Below, piece by piece: positions 1 to 10,382 of a DNA stretch of 45,908 nt. A model generated the notes under the pieces. That model ran no database searches, was not told where the DNA came from, and saw nothing but the letters and a program-made list of their open reading frames with translations. Positions within the stretch are counted from its first letter, which is position 1, and each line of letters starts with the position of its first letter. The stretch is from Nemertoderma westbladi (Eukaryota; Animalia; Xenacoelomorpha): the NCBI GenBank assembly GCA_032718475.1, contig JAUCBJ010006593.1, forward strand, positions 1 to 45,908. The letters are read 5' to 3'. Both the position numbers and the translations under genes were made by a program.

Positions 1-279
1 AATTTCGCTGCATGAAGTCACGACATGACACTTTAAACAAGAATAACTTTCAAAATGTGACCGTAGATGGCGTAAATAATTATGTCTAGTTACATTCATA
101 TGACAGAATGAACAACATATTGTTATTTTATCCATGTTGAAGTTTGTTTAGATAAATAATAATAATAATAATAATAATAAAATATCTCCAAAGATTAAAA
201 TAAAATGAAATGAAATGTTATTGACTACATCTAAACATTTATATGCTAGCGGGTGAAATAATTTTAAATCAATCACCAA

Positions 280-1365
280 TCACCAATCGCTTATGGGTAT
301 TGGAAACCCCAAATGGTTTAACTTATGATCAGGTTTCCATGTAACCTCATCTACTGGAACTCGGTTAACAGCACATTTCTGTTTCTTTGCAGGTGATGCG
401 TTGGTAAATTTACTCGATGATCTTGGCTTCCGAGGTAATATTTCAGGAAAGACCTGTTGCGGTTGAGAGCAGCTCTCTTCAACATCCGGATTAGGTGATG
501 GGATCTCTACGAACGCTTTAGGTTTATCCAAAAGGACAAAGCCGTCAACGTGGGCTTCAGTAAGAGAAACGCCATCTAGCGATTCTTTGAGAAAACTAAT
601 ATGAGCTTTATCATTCATGTAATGCAACTCGATAGAATTTCCACCGGTACCTACTTCAGTAGAATTATCGGTGTTGGTGATAATAATTTTTTTATTATTG
701 GTTTTAATCATTTTGAGACGGTCTGATAATTGAATGATATTTTTATCAAAAAGATGTTTGTCTGTTTCAGCGACTTGGTTGTCCCACTCTCGCAGCAAAA
801 CAGTTAGTTCCTGTTTTGACAAATTGAAACCCGTATAATAGTTAAAACCAACACTATCAGTGTATCTGAGGCTGATTTTCCATAAGCCAACATAGTTGGT
901 TCCTTTAAAAGCTGTTACAAATCCAATAAACTCTGGATTTGATAATTCAATGTAGAATTGATCGCTAATAATCTCTAGCGGTGGAGAGAGAAATTGCAAT
1001 AATTTCCCTCTGTATTGAATTAGAACTTCAGTAAAAGCTTTGTTGAGAACTTTACATTTGCCTTGTTTCTGAACGTAAACATCACCCGATGTGGGGTTGA
1101 TGGAAATATTCAAATTTCCCCGCGCAAAACGAGGAGTTGGATATATCCTACCTGGTATAATTGCTGGTCTGGATTGATGTTGGTTGTTGTTGGTTGTTTC
1201 TAGAATGTCTAACAAATAGCGGGTATCTTGATGGGAAAAACAAATCGATTCGTTGTCATCCTGAGATTCCACAATAAAATACTTGCTGTGAACGACGGTA
1301 CAAGTATATTTATTGTAAGTAAATTTCCAGCTATTTGTTGCTCCGGTTTTTTGCGTTAAGGCCAT
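280..1365 (-). CDS. Intronless 361-aa protein with a diverged PC4/Sub1-like (ssDNA-binding) segment and a basic NLS-like tail; possibly a Maverick/Polinton- or virus-type accessory gene
   Basis: Long, high-complexity ATG-initiated ORF. Residues ~137-200 (FYIELS..F..FVTAFKGTNYVGL...TGFNLSKQELTVL) follow the PC4 pattern F.IG...V.V..FKG...IDI...GISL..EQW..L. A second GVSLTEAH motif lies downstream, and SPAKKQK is near the C-terminus. Match is by eye only. Confidence 0.6.
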   Translation of the reverse strand: MALTQKTGATNSWKFTYNKYTCTVVHSKYFIVESQDDNESICFSHQDTRYLLDILETTNNNQHQSRPAIIPGRIYPTPRFARGNLNISINPTSGDVYVQKQGKCKVLNKAFTEVLIQYRGKLLQFLSPPLEIISDQFYIELSNPEFIGFVTAFKGTNYVGLWKISLRYTDSVGFNYYTGFNLSKQELTVLLREWDNQVAETDKHLFDKNIIQLSDRLKMIKTNNKKIIITNTDNSTEVGTGGNSIELHYMNDKAHISFLKESLDGVSLTEAHVDGFVLLDKPKAFVEIPSPNPDVEESCSQPQQVFPEILPRKPRSSSKFTNASPAKKQKCAVNRVPVDEVTWKPDHKLNHLGFPIPISDW

Positions 1366-1425
1366 AATAATAATAATAATAAATACGAAAAATATTACAA
1401 GTGATAAATTTTAAACCGTATCGCT

Positions 1426-1913
1426 GTAATAAATTGACACCATAGTTCTCACTCTAAAATTGTGTTTGGATGTAAGGAAGAATTTATAGTATCGATGAAT
1501 ATATTAATAAAAGACGACACCGCGAAGATTATGTAAGAGCATATTACGATAACGAAGAAATTTCCAAGGAAATACATCAATTTCAGAGTCAATTACACAA
1601 AGTGTACACAGTAGCATGATATAAGTTTTGAAATTGAGGCGTTTCTTTTGAAATTTCTTGGTTATCCGTATATGCTCTTAAATAATCTTTGAGGTGTCGT
1701 CGTTTGATTAATATATTCATCGATACTAAAAATTCTCCCGCACATCCAAACGAGATTTCCTTTGAGTTACATAATTACGATTAGAAACCCAATGCGGGAA
1801 TCAGTAACATTTATTCGAGTGTATGATTTTCCGACCAACAAGTAAGATAATGAAGAAATTATTAAGGAAATAACATAATTTTCAGAGTGAGAACAAAAGT
1901 ATCAATATATTAC
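1426..1913. repeat. Nested imperfect inverted repeats
   Basis: 1464-1585 is the reverse complement of 1629-1751 (roughly 80% identical by eye, 43-bp spacer). The outer pair is 1426-1460 / 1878-1913 (gttctcactct / agagtgagaac). Confidence 0.9.
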
Positions 1914-2143
1914 CTTGAAGATTACTACAAGTGATGAATTTTATTAAAAGCATTCAGTTATATATGTATAAATTTGCGATGTGGCATAGTCAACGAAGAA
2001 GAGATGGTACGTGTCATAATCATCAACGAATAAGAAAAGAGATGAGCTGCAACGTGGATGAATGGTTGGTTGCATGAATATGAATCATAGGGTTGTGTGT
2101 AATAATCAATAATTATTATAATAAAAACGCACAGTATATAATG

Positions 2144-2389
2144 TTAGTGGTGGTGGTAGCCTTTCAATATGACACAGATGCTGCGGGATTGGTTAGGTTG
2201 AGTAACTATGGAAATATTCGTATACGTGTAGCTAGAACGTGGCGGAATTTCAACACGTATCATAATAGCGTTGGGGTAGGCAGGCCGCTCGGTTGGTTGG
2301 TTTGGCGACAGCCGTCGAGGAGTAGCCGTGCGTGGTGGTGGTGAGTTGGCAATCGTTTCGATATAATAGCGTAGTGTGGGGCTAGCCAT
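2144..2389 (-). CDS. Possible small hypothetical protein (81 aa, MASPTLRYYIE...)
   Basis: ATG-initiated part of the 2144..2443 frame, co-oriented with the 361-aa ORF. No recognisable domain. Confidence 0.2.
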   Translation of the reverse strand: MASPTLRYYIETIANSPPPRTATPRRLSPNQPTERPAYPNAIMIRVEIPPRSSYTYTNISIVTQPNQSRSICVILKGYHHH

Positions 2390-2679
2390 GCGATGAGAAG
2401 TTAGGTTACGCGAAGATGAATATGCGATGGTTGGTTGATGCAACGACGCGAATCAATACTCGCGGGTGGTAACAGTTGTCGAGTAAGGCTACGCGTAGGT
2501 GATAAGCAACGAATGGTTGAAGGCAACAATATTGATGATGACAGATGGTCATTAAACACCGCAATTTAGCACCGGAATTTGGCATTTTTAATAGCCCTCC
2601 GAGATCTGGCCCGTAGCCCAGGCTAGGGAGGAGTTGCGTGAGGGCTATGCTTCTCCTACTACTCGTAGCGTGATATATA

Positions 2680-2940
2680 TAATATATTAGAATACCGGTA
2701 TGCTTATAGTATATATAAGTATTATTACAGACTAGTTTTATCACAGAATACTGGTATAATTTTAGCACAAATATATATAAATATATAATAGGCCTATCGG
2801 GAATACCGGTATACAGCTTACAGTTTGTAGCATATATAAGTATAATTCTGGACTATAATTAATTATAAAGTACCGGTATAATTTCAGCCTAAATTTATAG
2901 AAATAAATATAATAAGCCTATTGTAAATACCGGTATATCA
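2680..2940. repeat. Diverged ~115-125-bp tandem duplication with regularly spaced TACCGGTA palindromes
   Basis: tac(c/t)ggta occurs at ~2693, 2749, 2804, 2871 and 2928, with repeated flanks (tatataagtat, ataatttt/cagc, aata(g/a)gcctat). Confidence 0.7.
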
Positions 2941-3872
2941 ATTATTTTAAATAACTGAATTTCTGAATTTTAAGGGTTACTTGGTTACCTTAACTTACTT
3001 TATTGCCGTTATTTAAGCAGTAGTCCAACTGATATTGAGACCTAATTGTTGTATGGCAGGCCTACTATTTATAAATCGTTTGAGTTGATTTATAATATAT
3101 ATATACCCGTTTAATGGGTTTTGTCAATGTTGAAATAAATGTTATTATTTCTGGGGAGTAATCACTACACAAAGCGGTGCGCTTTCAGTGAAGTGTTACT
3201 TATAGGACACTAAAACAAATAATGCTAATTTACCTAAGTTACTTAATACTACAAATTACGTACAATTCGGGTGAGATTACAATCTCTAAATAAACACAAA
3301 AATTTACAAAAAAACACAAATACGAATTTTTAGGGTAATTTTACAAGAAGTCTACAAACCAGCCTAACAAAGGGTTAGAAATCTGGTTATTACAACGGAC
3401 AGGGTACTACGGTATTTGAAAATAATAAGTAGTAGTAAATACACTGCGTTGTCCAGATAGGAAAATACCACCGTCTGACGACCTATAGCCATATCGCTAT
3501 AGGTACTACGTTATGTATCACGGAGTGTTCCTACCTAGAAGTTAATAGAGCTAATCGAACGTGCCTATCAACCACTTTACAACACAAATATAATGCCTAC
3601 ACTAATTACTTTCGGAAAGCACTGTACACTAAACCCTAAATTAGGTACGAGTACTTGTACAACAGATAATCAGTAGTTAAATATACTTGAACAGCTAAAG
3701 AACCACGGCATCTGCTGGAGTGACCGGTGCACAAAATCACCAGTCTTTACCTACGCCAAGCAGCCCGTGTAGTACCGGGGTTAATTTAACTATAGCAGTA
3801 TGTATAACAAACACAATTACTGTAGGAACAAACTTGGGGAATGAATGTTGCGGATAATCGCATAAACTCTGA

Positions 3873-4449
3873 ATAATAAATATTACGCTACGCGTACAAA
3901 CCACTCAAACAAAATGCAGACCAAACGCTGACAGACTACTATCAAGCCTAAATAAACTACAGGACATGCAGACTCCGAAATGATTAGGTAGTATGCGTTC
4001 TAACCCAGTAGTACGACTTATTCTTTAGTTGGGGGTTTACCTTACAGCATTCGCTGCCCCTACTTCATAACCGTTCTTTATCGGACAGGTGATCTATACA
4101 CACTGCAATCCGTTTCAGACCTAACAACAGCCAGACAACTATCCAGCCTACAAATTATCTAAATAAATATTATACGCTACCCGTACAGACTTACACAAAC
4201 AAAGCACAGACTAAACGATGGCAGACTACTCTCAAGCCTAAATAAACTACAGGACATGCAGACTCCGAAATGATTAGGTAGTATGCGTTCTAACCCAGTA
4301 GTACGACTTATTCTTTAGTTGGGGGTTTACCTTACAGCATTCGCTGCCCCTACTTCCTAACCGTTCTTTATCGGACAGGTGATCTACACACACTGCAATC
4401 CGTTCAGACTTAACAGCAATCAGACAACAGTCCAACCTACAAATTATCT
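3873..4449. repeat. Tandem duplication, 290-bp unit x2
   Basis: aggacatgcagactccgaaatg occurs at 3961 and 4251. The central ~180 bp is nearly identical; the edges are diverged. Confidence 0.95.
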
Positions 4450-4624
4450 GTACAATCTGATCAGGCTTACACGCCTTCTGTTCAATACTGGCCTACAAAT
4501 AAATAAAACTGACAGAAATAGGCCTAAGTAAAATCCCAATAAAAACCAGGCGTCCCCGATTAATTATTAAGACCTACCGGCATATAATAATCAAATCGAA
4601 TAATACTGCTGTACCTGTACTGTA

Positions 4625-4738
4625 AGTACCGGTTCGGACAGTTGGGCCTACGGACGTACAGAAGTACCGGCTCTGGCAGTTGGACCTACGGGCCTACAGC
4701 AGTACCGGTTCTGGCAGTTGGGCCTACTGACCTACAGA
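4625..4738. repeat. 38-bp tandem repeat x3
   Basis: agtaccgg(t/c)tc...cagttgg(g/a)cctac units start at 4625, 4663 and 4701. Confidence 0.95.
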
Positions 4739-6894
4739 TACACCGTTCAGGTTTACCGGTTGACCGGTACTCCCAACTTTATTGCTTACTGCAATAAAGA
4801 AGCTATATCCGTTATTGTTCGCGCTTTCAGACCTTTGGCAGTTTAACCCGCCAAATTAGGATGTCTTCTAGATAATAAATCGCTTTAGCCTCTAACAAGT
4901 ATTTGATTCACTACACTAGTTGAAACCAATCTGTGCGCGATCATTCACCCGTTGGATATACCCGGGAGATTGATTTCGACAGCTTAATCGTATTGCTATG
5001 TAAGCCTAATGTATTATTCGACTGACAGTATTATATAATCTCTGACAATATTATTCACCTTCGGGAAATATTAACAGTTCCTTTAGGACGTGGCGCTCTA
5101 TCTATATAAACAGAGTTATGACTTAAACTACTCACAACGATATGGCTTAGTTACAATTCACATATATGGCGCATTCTTTAGGAAATGCTTCGTTATCAGT
5201 CTCACTCATACACAATGCTGCACAATACTGCACACTAATCTGCCGATCTTCACTGATTTTAGTCACATATAAAAGGAACACGGACCGAATCATGTAGGGT
5301 CTATCAAATAACATTAGATTCACTTCAAACCACTTTAACATAAGTCACAATTGTTATATGTAACCCTTCTCTCTTACCTTCGGTATATCAAGAATATTGG
5401 GTTTCGGGGTTATTTATCGTTATTCCAAATATAATAATTCATCAACCATATTATGAAGAACTGACAGTAAATAGCAGTATAACAATATAAAGTATGCACA
5501 GGTTGTTTGATTAGGTATGGTATGTTATGTTGTGATAAATGCAGATAACGGATATATGTCCTTATAATTAAGCCTACTAGTGTAGGGCTAAAGCGGAAAA
5601 GCACAAAAATACTTCAAAGCCGTTCTTCCTGGCTTAGAATAACCAACACTGAACACTGATAAGAATAACTATAAGAATACCAGCTACCCTTATTCTACAA
5701 AGATCTCACCCACCACAGAGAATGAGCATACAGATAGGAAATTCAGTTCAGTAGATCTGTGATAGGTCAAAATCAAAACCAACTCAAATCCTATTGGCAG
5801 ATACAGAAAGCAGGGCTATGGGGCAACGTGGCAATATCAGCCGTTAGCCGTCGTCATGGTAGCGACACTGTTTTCAAGAGTATCGAGCTTTTTACGTCAC
5901 GAAATTGCAGATTATGTCCTCTAAAGTACAAATACAGAAGAAATGGCTTTTATGTCCTCCAAAACACCAGTACAGCAAGGACACGGCCTTTTTATGCCTG
6001 GTAAACCAACCACAGAGTACTTTACGGGGATAATAACCGGCTAATTACGCAAAAGCTTTTACAATCAGTAACGACATGTTACCATGGGTGCATGTTACCA
6101 GGCACCGTAGACGCAGAGGACGCAGAAGAGAGACCAGAAACGGTAGATGAGCCAGATGGGGAAGTAGAAGTAAGAGAGTGGGCGGAGGAGAATGGATTTG
6201 ACGTGGAAGACTTAGAGGCAATGGGATGGAACAAGGGTCCCAGCAAGTATCGGTATGGAGATGGAGAGGAGCGGACGGCGAGATGTCCGGAGGACAACAC
6301 TCCGGAGGAGTGTCTGGAGGAGTGTCGGAAGGAGTGTCTAGAGGAGTGTCCGGAAGAGACGCCGGTCCGGTTGAGAGGCATACCGACAAAGGGGAGCTAG
6401 ATTAAGAAGACAGGATGGAAAGGGATAGGATTACTATTGTACCTTCTGTTTTGCATGTTCTTTCACTTTCTTTTCATTCTGCAGCCGGGAGACAACAAGG
6501 TGGGAGGTGGCATTTTGATGCCAAGAGACGAGGAAATTAAGAAGGCGGCGGAGAAACCCGATTTTAGGGTGGTGGAAGAGGGAGAACCAATTCCTGGTGA
6601 GTTGGAATTGGCGAGGAGAGTGTGGCGAATCCTACAGGACCTACAAGGGGAGCAGTGGGAGAGTGCCTGTTGGAAGAATCGCCCTAGTTAGATGAAGTTT
6701 AATTGTCCAATATTTTGGACTGAGGGGGGTGGGAATGAGGGCGAGACGCCTTTCCCACGTACAAATAATTATTTAAATAATAAAAATAATTAAATAATTA
6801 AATAAGAAAGTTAGTAGGAGATAGTAAGTAGAAAGCTAGAAAGTCAGAAAGTAGGTAGATAGTTAGATAGTAGAAGATAGTAAGAAGATAGTAA

Positions 6895-7312
6895 GTAGTA
6901 GTTAGAAGGCGGCGGGTATAGGGAGTGTGGTATAGACATACCACGGTAGTAGAGGGTACGTAGTACCGAGTAGAGTTAGAAGGCGGCGGGGTACAGGGAG
7001 TGTGGCATATGACATGCCACGGGAGTAGAGGGTGCGTAGTACCGAGTAGAGTTAGAAGGCGGCGGGGTATAGGGAGTGTGGTATAGACATACCACGGGAG
7101 TAGAGGGTACGTAGTACCGAATAAGGCTAGAAGTCGGCGGGTAAGGGAGTGTGGCATATGACATGCCACGGGAGTAGAGGGTACGTAGTACCGAGGAGGT
7201 TAGAAGGTGGCGGGTATAGGGAGTGTGGTATAAACATACCACGGGAATAGAGGGTACGTAACGTAGTACCGAGTAGAGTTAGAAGGCGGTGGGGTATAGG
7301 GAGTATGGTATA
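6895..7312. repeat. ~75-bp tandem repeat, ~6 copies, continuing at 9448-9537 after the LINE
   Basis: agaagg(c/t)ggcggg... recurs at ~6904, 6978, 7054, 7129, 7202 and 7281. The unit contains gtggtatagacataccac or gtggcatatgacatgccac. Confidence 0.95.
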
Positions 7313-9447
7313 ATAATAATAATAATTGTTTATTCCAGGACCCCCAAGTTTCCCTGGTGTCCCATAACGTACATGGCCTATAGTTCTAGCACAAACAAAA
7401 AGTAGAGTAAAGTAATGTAGTAAGGAAACACAATTGTATGTACACGTAATAAATTCATAAGACCATTATTCAGCCCAATTTCTTAAAACAGACATCCCCA
7501 TGATTCTACTATGGCAGCATGCAGCAAGTGGTCATAATAGTTGCCTGTACGAGGCTATTTGGGCAACTATAGGCACGGCCTAAAAAAGACGTTATAGCCC
7601 CCGATCTAATATGAATAAACTTTGGTAACCCCAGGCTACCAAACATATACGAAGCACTGCACCCCCATGGAAATTTGAATAACCTCCTTGCTGTATTATT
7701 ATACGCTACCATAAACTTATTATGCACCATACTAGAATAATTTGACCTGGCCCACAGATAATTACAGTATACCTGGGTACAAAAACTACGAAATAATTTA
7801 ATTTTTACCGTAACCGAGCACCCCCCGAATTTCCTAATTATAATATTCGCACGCCTATAAAAACTACGAAGTTGATTGTAAATATCAAAATCATCATCGG
7901 TAGAGCTACACAGGATGTGCCCTAAGTACTTTACCTCTGACACTACTTCAATATTAAGACCATTAATTGTAACCTGACCGACATCTGTATTCTTCGCACA
8001 TTTTGGAAAATAAAATAAGCACTTGGTTTTCTTACAATTTACTTTTATACAATGTTCTAATGCGTACGATTCAAAAATATGAAGTAACTTTTGTAACCCA
8101 TTAATCGAATTCGAACATATCGCTAAGTCATCCGCGTACATTAAATTATTAATACGGACCCCTGACAATTGACACCCTATCCCCGAATTATAAAGTTCCC
8201 TACTTAGGTCATCTATATACACACTATACAGGTACGGCGATAATATCCCACCCTGTTTCGTACCATTTGAAACCTGAAAACTCTCTGATATGCACTCCCC
8301 CCATTTTGCAAAAAGAACCTGTGATCTATACCACATACATAATACCCTAATATAAAATAACGGAACACCCCTATTTATCAGTTTCCGAAATAACGTGTAG
8401 TGATTAACTAAATCGTAGGCTTTCGAACTGTCAATAAAACAAACATACACAGCACTATCATTATCCAGGTAATACTGTACCATTTCTTTAAGTGTAAAAA
8501 TACACAAATCAGTCCCTGAGCCTTTCTTAAAACCAAATTGTGAATCCGATGTAAATAACTTATCACAGAAACGTTCTAAGTAAACCAATTCTAATACTTT
8601 GCTATATACAGTAGAAATAGCGATACCCCTATAATTATCGACGCTGGTTATGTCATCGTTCTTGTCCTTTACAAGGGGAATCATGTTACTAACTAATACA
8701 CCAGGCGGAATATATCCATGCACATTAATAATCGTAAACAGATTGGCTAAGTGAACTTTTAAACTATAAGGACTATGTAAATAATGCTCACTTGATAAGT
8801 TATCAGGACCAGTCGCTTTACCCTTAACTAACTTATCTACAGCAAAAACAATTTCTATAGGTTTCACAATCATTTCTGCACTAAATTTAATATCTGAAAA
8901 AGCACCTTCTACAAACTCTTTGTGAACATCTGCCTGCTTTGAGTTATATAAATTTTCAAATTTATTCTTAAAAAGGTTACACACATTTTCCTCACCTACG
9001 GCGTCACCCACATTATTTGATAAAGGAGTACTGGAACCGCTGAGCTTTCGGACATTCGACCAAAACTGTTTCTGATTGGTTGAGTAAACCGACTCAGCCA
9101 GCTTGTCACTTTTTATCTTAGCTACATTTCGCCTAGCGTTCCGCATACTCCTTTTAAATTCAAGTTTGGTTTGCATATACTCATCAAATATATTACCTTG
9201 CCTGGGACACCCATTCGAGCGCCACACGCGAAACATTAGCCTTGAATAATTATATCTATCTTTCAAATAGTCATTCCAACCGGGAATGTTCTTACTATTA
9301 TCTATACCAACACCACCGCGTCTAATTGGAATGCATTGCGCTGCAGCATCTAGCATAGATTTGGTGATATTGTTATGATAATTATCTACTAGACATTTAT
9401 GTACCGTACACTTGCTATTGTGACATTGTAAGGCCGCTAATGGCACC
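7313..9447 (-). mobile_element. 5'-truncated non-LTR retrotransposon (APE-type LINE; RTEX/CR1-L2-like, clade not resolved)
   Basis: RT ORF, short 3' UTR, then AATAAA and a (TTA)n tail on the minus strand at 7313-7334. Flanked by GTATA at 7308-7312 and 9448-9452, splitting one 75-bp repeat unit. Confidence 0.93.
7509..9446 (-). CDS. LINE ORF2 reverse transcriptase (645 aa, N-terminally truncated, endonuclease missing)
   Basis: RT motifs GKATGPDNL, NYRGIAI, QFGFKKG, FIDSSKAYDLV, GTKQGGILSP, MYADD and VKYLG, with no internal stops. The start is the truncation point, not a true ATG. Confidence 0.95.
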   Translation of the reverse strand: MPLAALQCHNSKCTVHKCLVDNYHNNITKSMLDAAAQCIPIRRGGVGIDNSKNIPGWNDYLKDRYNYSRLMFRVWRSNGCPRQGNIFDEYMQTKLEFKRSMRNARRNVAKIKSDKLAESVYSTNQKQFWSNVRKLSGSSTPLSNNVGDAVGEENVCNLFKNKFENLYNSKQADVHKEFVEGAFSDIKFSAEMIVKPIEIVFAVDKLVKGKATGPDNLSSEHYLHSPYSLKVHLANLFTIINVHGYIPPGVLVSNMIPLVKDKNDDITSVDNYRGIAISTVYSKVLELVYLERFCDKLFTSDSQFGFKKGSGTDLCIFTLKEMVQYYLDNDSAVYVCFIDSSKAYDLVNHYTLFRKLINRGVPLFYIRVLCMWYRSQVLFAKWGECISESFQVSNGTKQGGILSPYLYSVYIDDLSRELYNSGIGCQLSGVRINNLMYADDLAICSNSINGLQKLLHIFESYALEHCIKVNCKKTKCLFYFPKCAKNTDVGQVTINGLNIEVVSEVKYLGHILCSSTDDDFDIYNQLRSFYRRANIIIRKFGGCSVTVKIKLFRSFCTQVYCNYLWARSNYSSMVHNKFMVAYNNTARRLFKFPWGCSASYMFGSLGLPKFIHIRSGAITSFLGRAYSCPNSLVQATIMTTCCMLP

Positions 9448-9537
9448 GTATAGACATTCCACGGGAGTAGAGGGTACGTAGTACCGAATTAGGCTAGAAG
9501 TCGGCGGGTAAGGAAGTGTGGCATATGACATGCCACG

Positions 9538-9862
9538 ACTAGTAGTAGAGTGGTTGTGGGCACCGTAAGCGCCACGTAGAAAGTAGTAGTAGAGAGGTTG
9601 CGGGCACCGGAAGCGCCACGTAGAAAGTAGTAGTAGTAGAGAGGTTGTGGGCACCGTAAGCGCCACGTAGAAAGTAGTAGTAGAGGGGTTGTGGGCACCG
9701 TAAGCGCCACGTAGAAAGTAGTAGTAGAGGGGTTATGGGCACCGGAAGCGCCACGTTGAAAGTAGTAGCAGAGAGTGGTTGTAGGCACCGCAAGCGCCAC
9801 GTAGATGGAGGTAGTAGCAGAGGGAGGTTGTGGGCACCGTAAGCGCCACGTAGAAAGTAGTA
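9538..9862. repeat. ~44-48-bp tandem repeat, ~7 copies
   Basis: ggttgtgggcaccg(t/g)aagcgccacgtagaaagtagtagtag repeated, with variable (agt)n length. Confidence 0.95.
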
Positions 9863-9864
9863 AG

Positions 9865-10150
9865 CGGAGTAGACTTAGTAGAATTAGGAGTTAGAGACTT
9901 AGAGGAGTTAGTAGGAGTTGGTTAGAGCTAGTAGAGTTAGAGTTAGTAGAGAGATAGAGGGTTTTAGTTAGAGCTAGTAGAGTTAGAGTTAGTAGAGAGT
10001 TGGAGAGTTCTAGTAGAGTTAGGAGTTAGTAGAGTTAGGAGTTAGAGACTTAGAAGAGTTAGTAGGAGTTGGTTAGAGCTAGTAGAGTTAGAGTTAGTAG
10101 AACAGAGAGTTAGATAGTAAGTAGTTAGTAAGTTAGAGAGCTAGATAGTA
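9865..10150. repeat. Low-complexity AGTTAG/AGTAG-rich tract with internal duplications
   Basis: ttaggagttagagacttaga...gagttagtaggagttggttagagctagtagagttagagttagtag is present twice. Confidence 0.85.
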
Positions 10151-10371
10151 TGATAGCACAGGGGTAGCATTAGAGATTAGGGCCTTAGGGAGTGGCAGAG
10201 AGTAGAGAGGAGATAGTGAGAGGAGCTGTTGGCGAGAGAGAAGTTAGAGTGCGATTCAGGTGTGGGGAGAGAGTAAGAGCGGAGTTCGAGTGGAGAAATT
10301 AGAGCGGAGTTAGAGTGGTGAGAGTGTTGGGGAAACAAAAATTGTGTGAGAATCCACAATCGGCCCGACAC

Positions 10372-10380
10372 GGGACGCCA
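10372..10380 (-). promoter_or_regulatory. Putative primer-binding site (TGGCGTCCC, tRNA-Asn-like)
   Basis: Lies 2 nt after a CA-ending LTR candidate. It is complementary to the ...GGGACG-CCA 3' end of vertebrate-type tRNA-Asn; the match beyond 9 nt is partial. Confidence 0.6.
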
Positions 10381-10382
10381 GA

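Noticed and set aside
3475-3520. CTGACGA plus hairpin as a hammerhead ribozyme
   Set aside because: The stem is followed by ACTAC rather than GAAA, so the catalytic core is incomplete.
3194-5867. Solo LTR bounded by TGT...ACA
   Set aside because: The flanks (tgaag versus ctgtt) give no target-site duplication, so the boundaries are unsupported.
6045-6691. Short overlapping ORFs on both strands as real genes or gag
   Set aside because: Low-complexity, purine-skewed sequence with no zinc knuckle or capsid motif; at most a decayed start of the LTR element's ORF.
9865-10150. TTAGG-like words as telomeric repeat
   Set aside because: Irregular low-complexity sequence inside the LTR-element leader, with no run of a fixed telomere unit.
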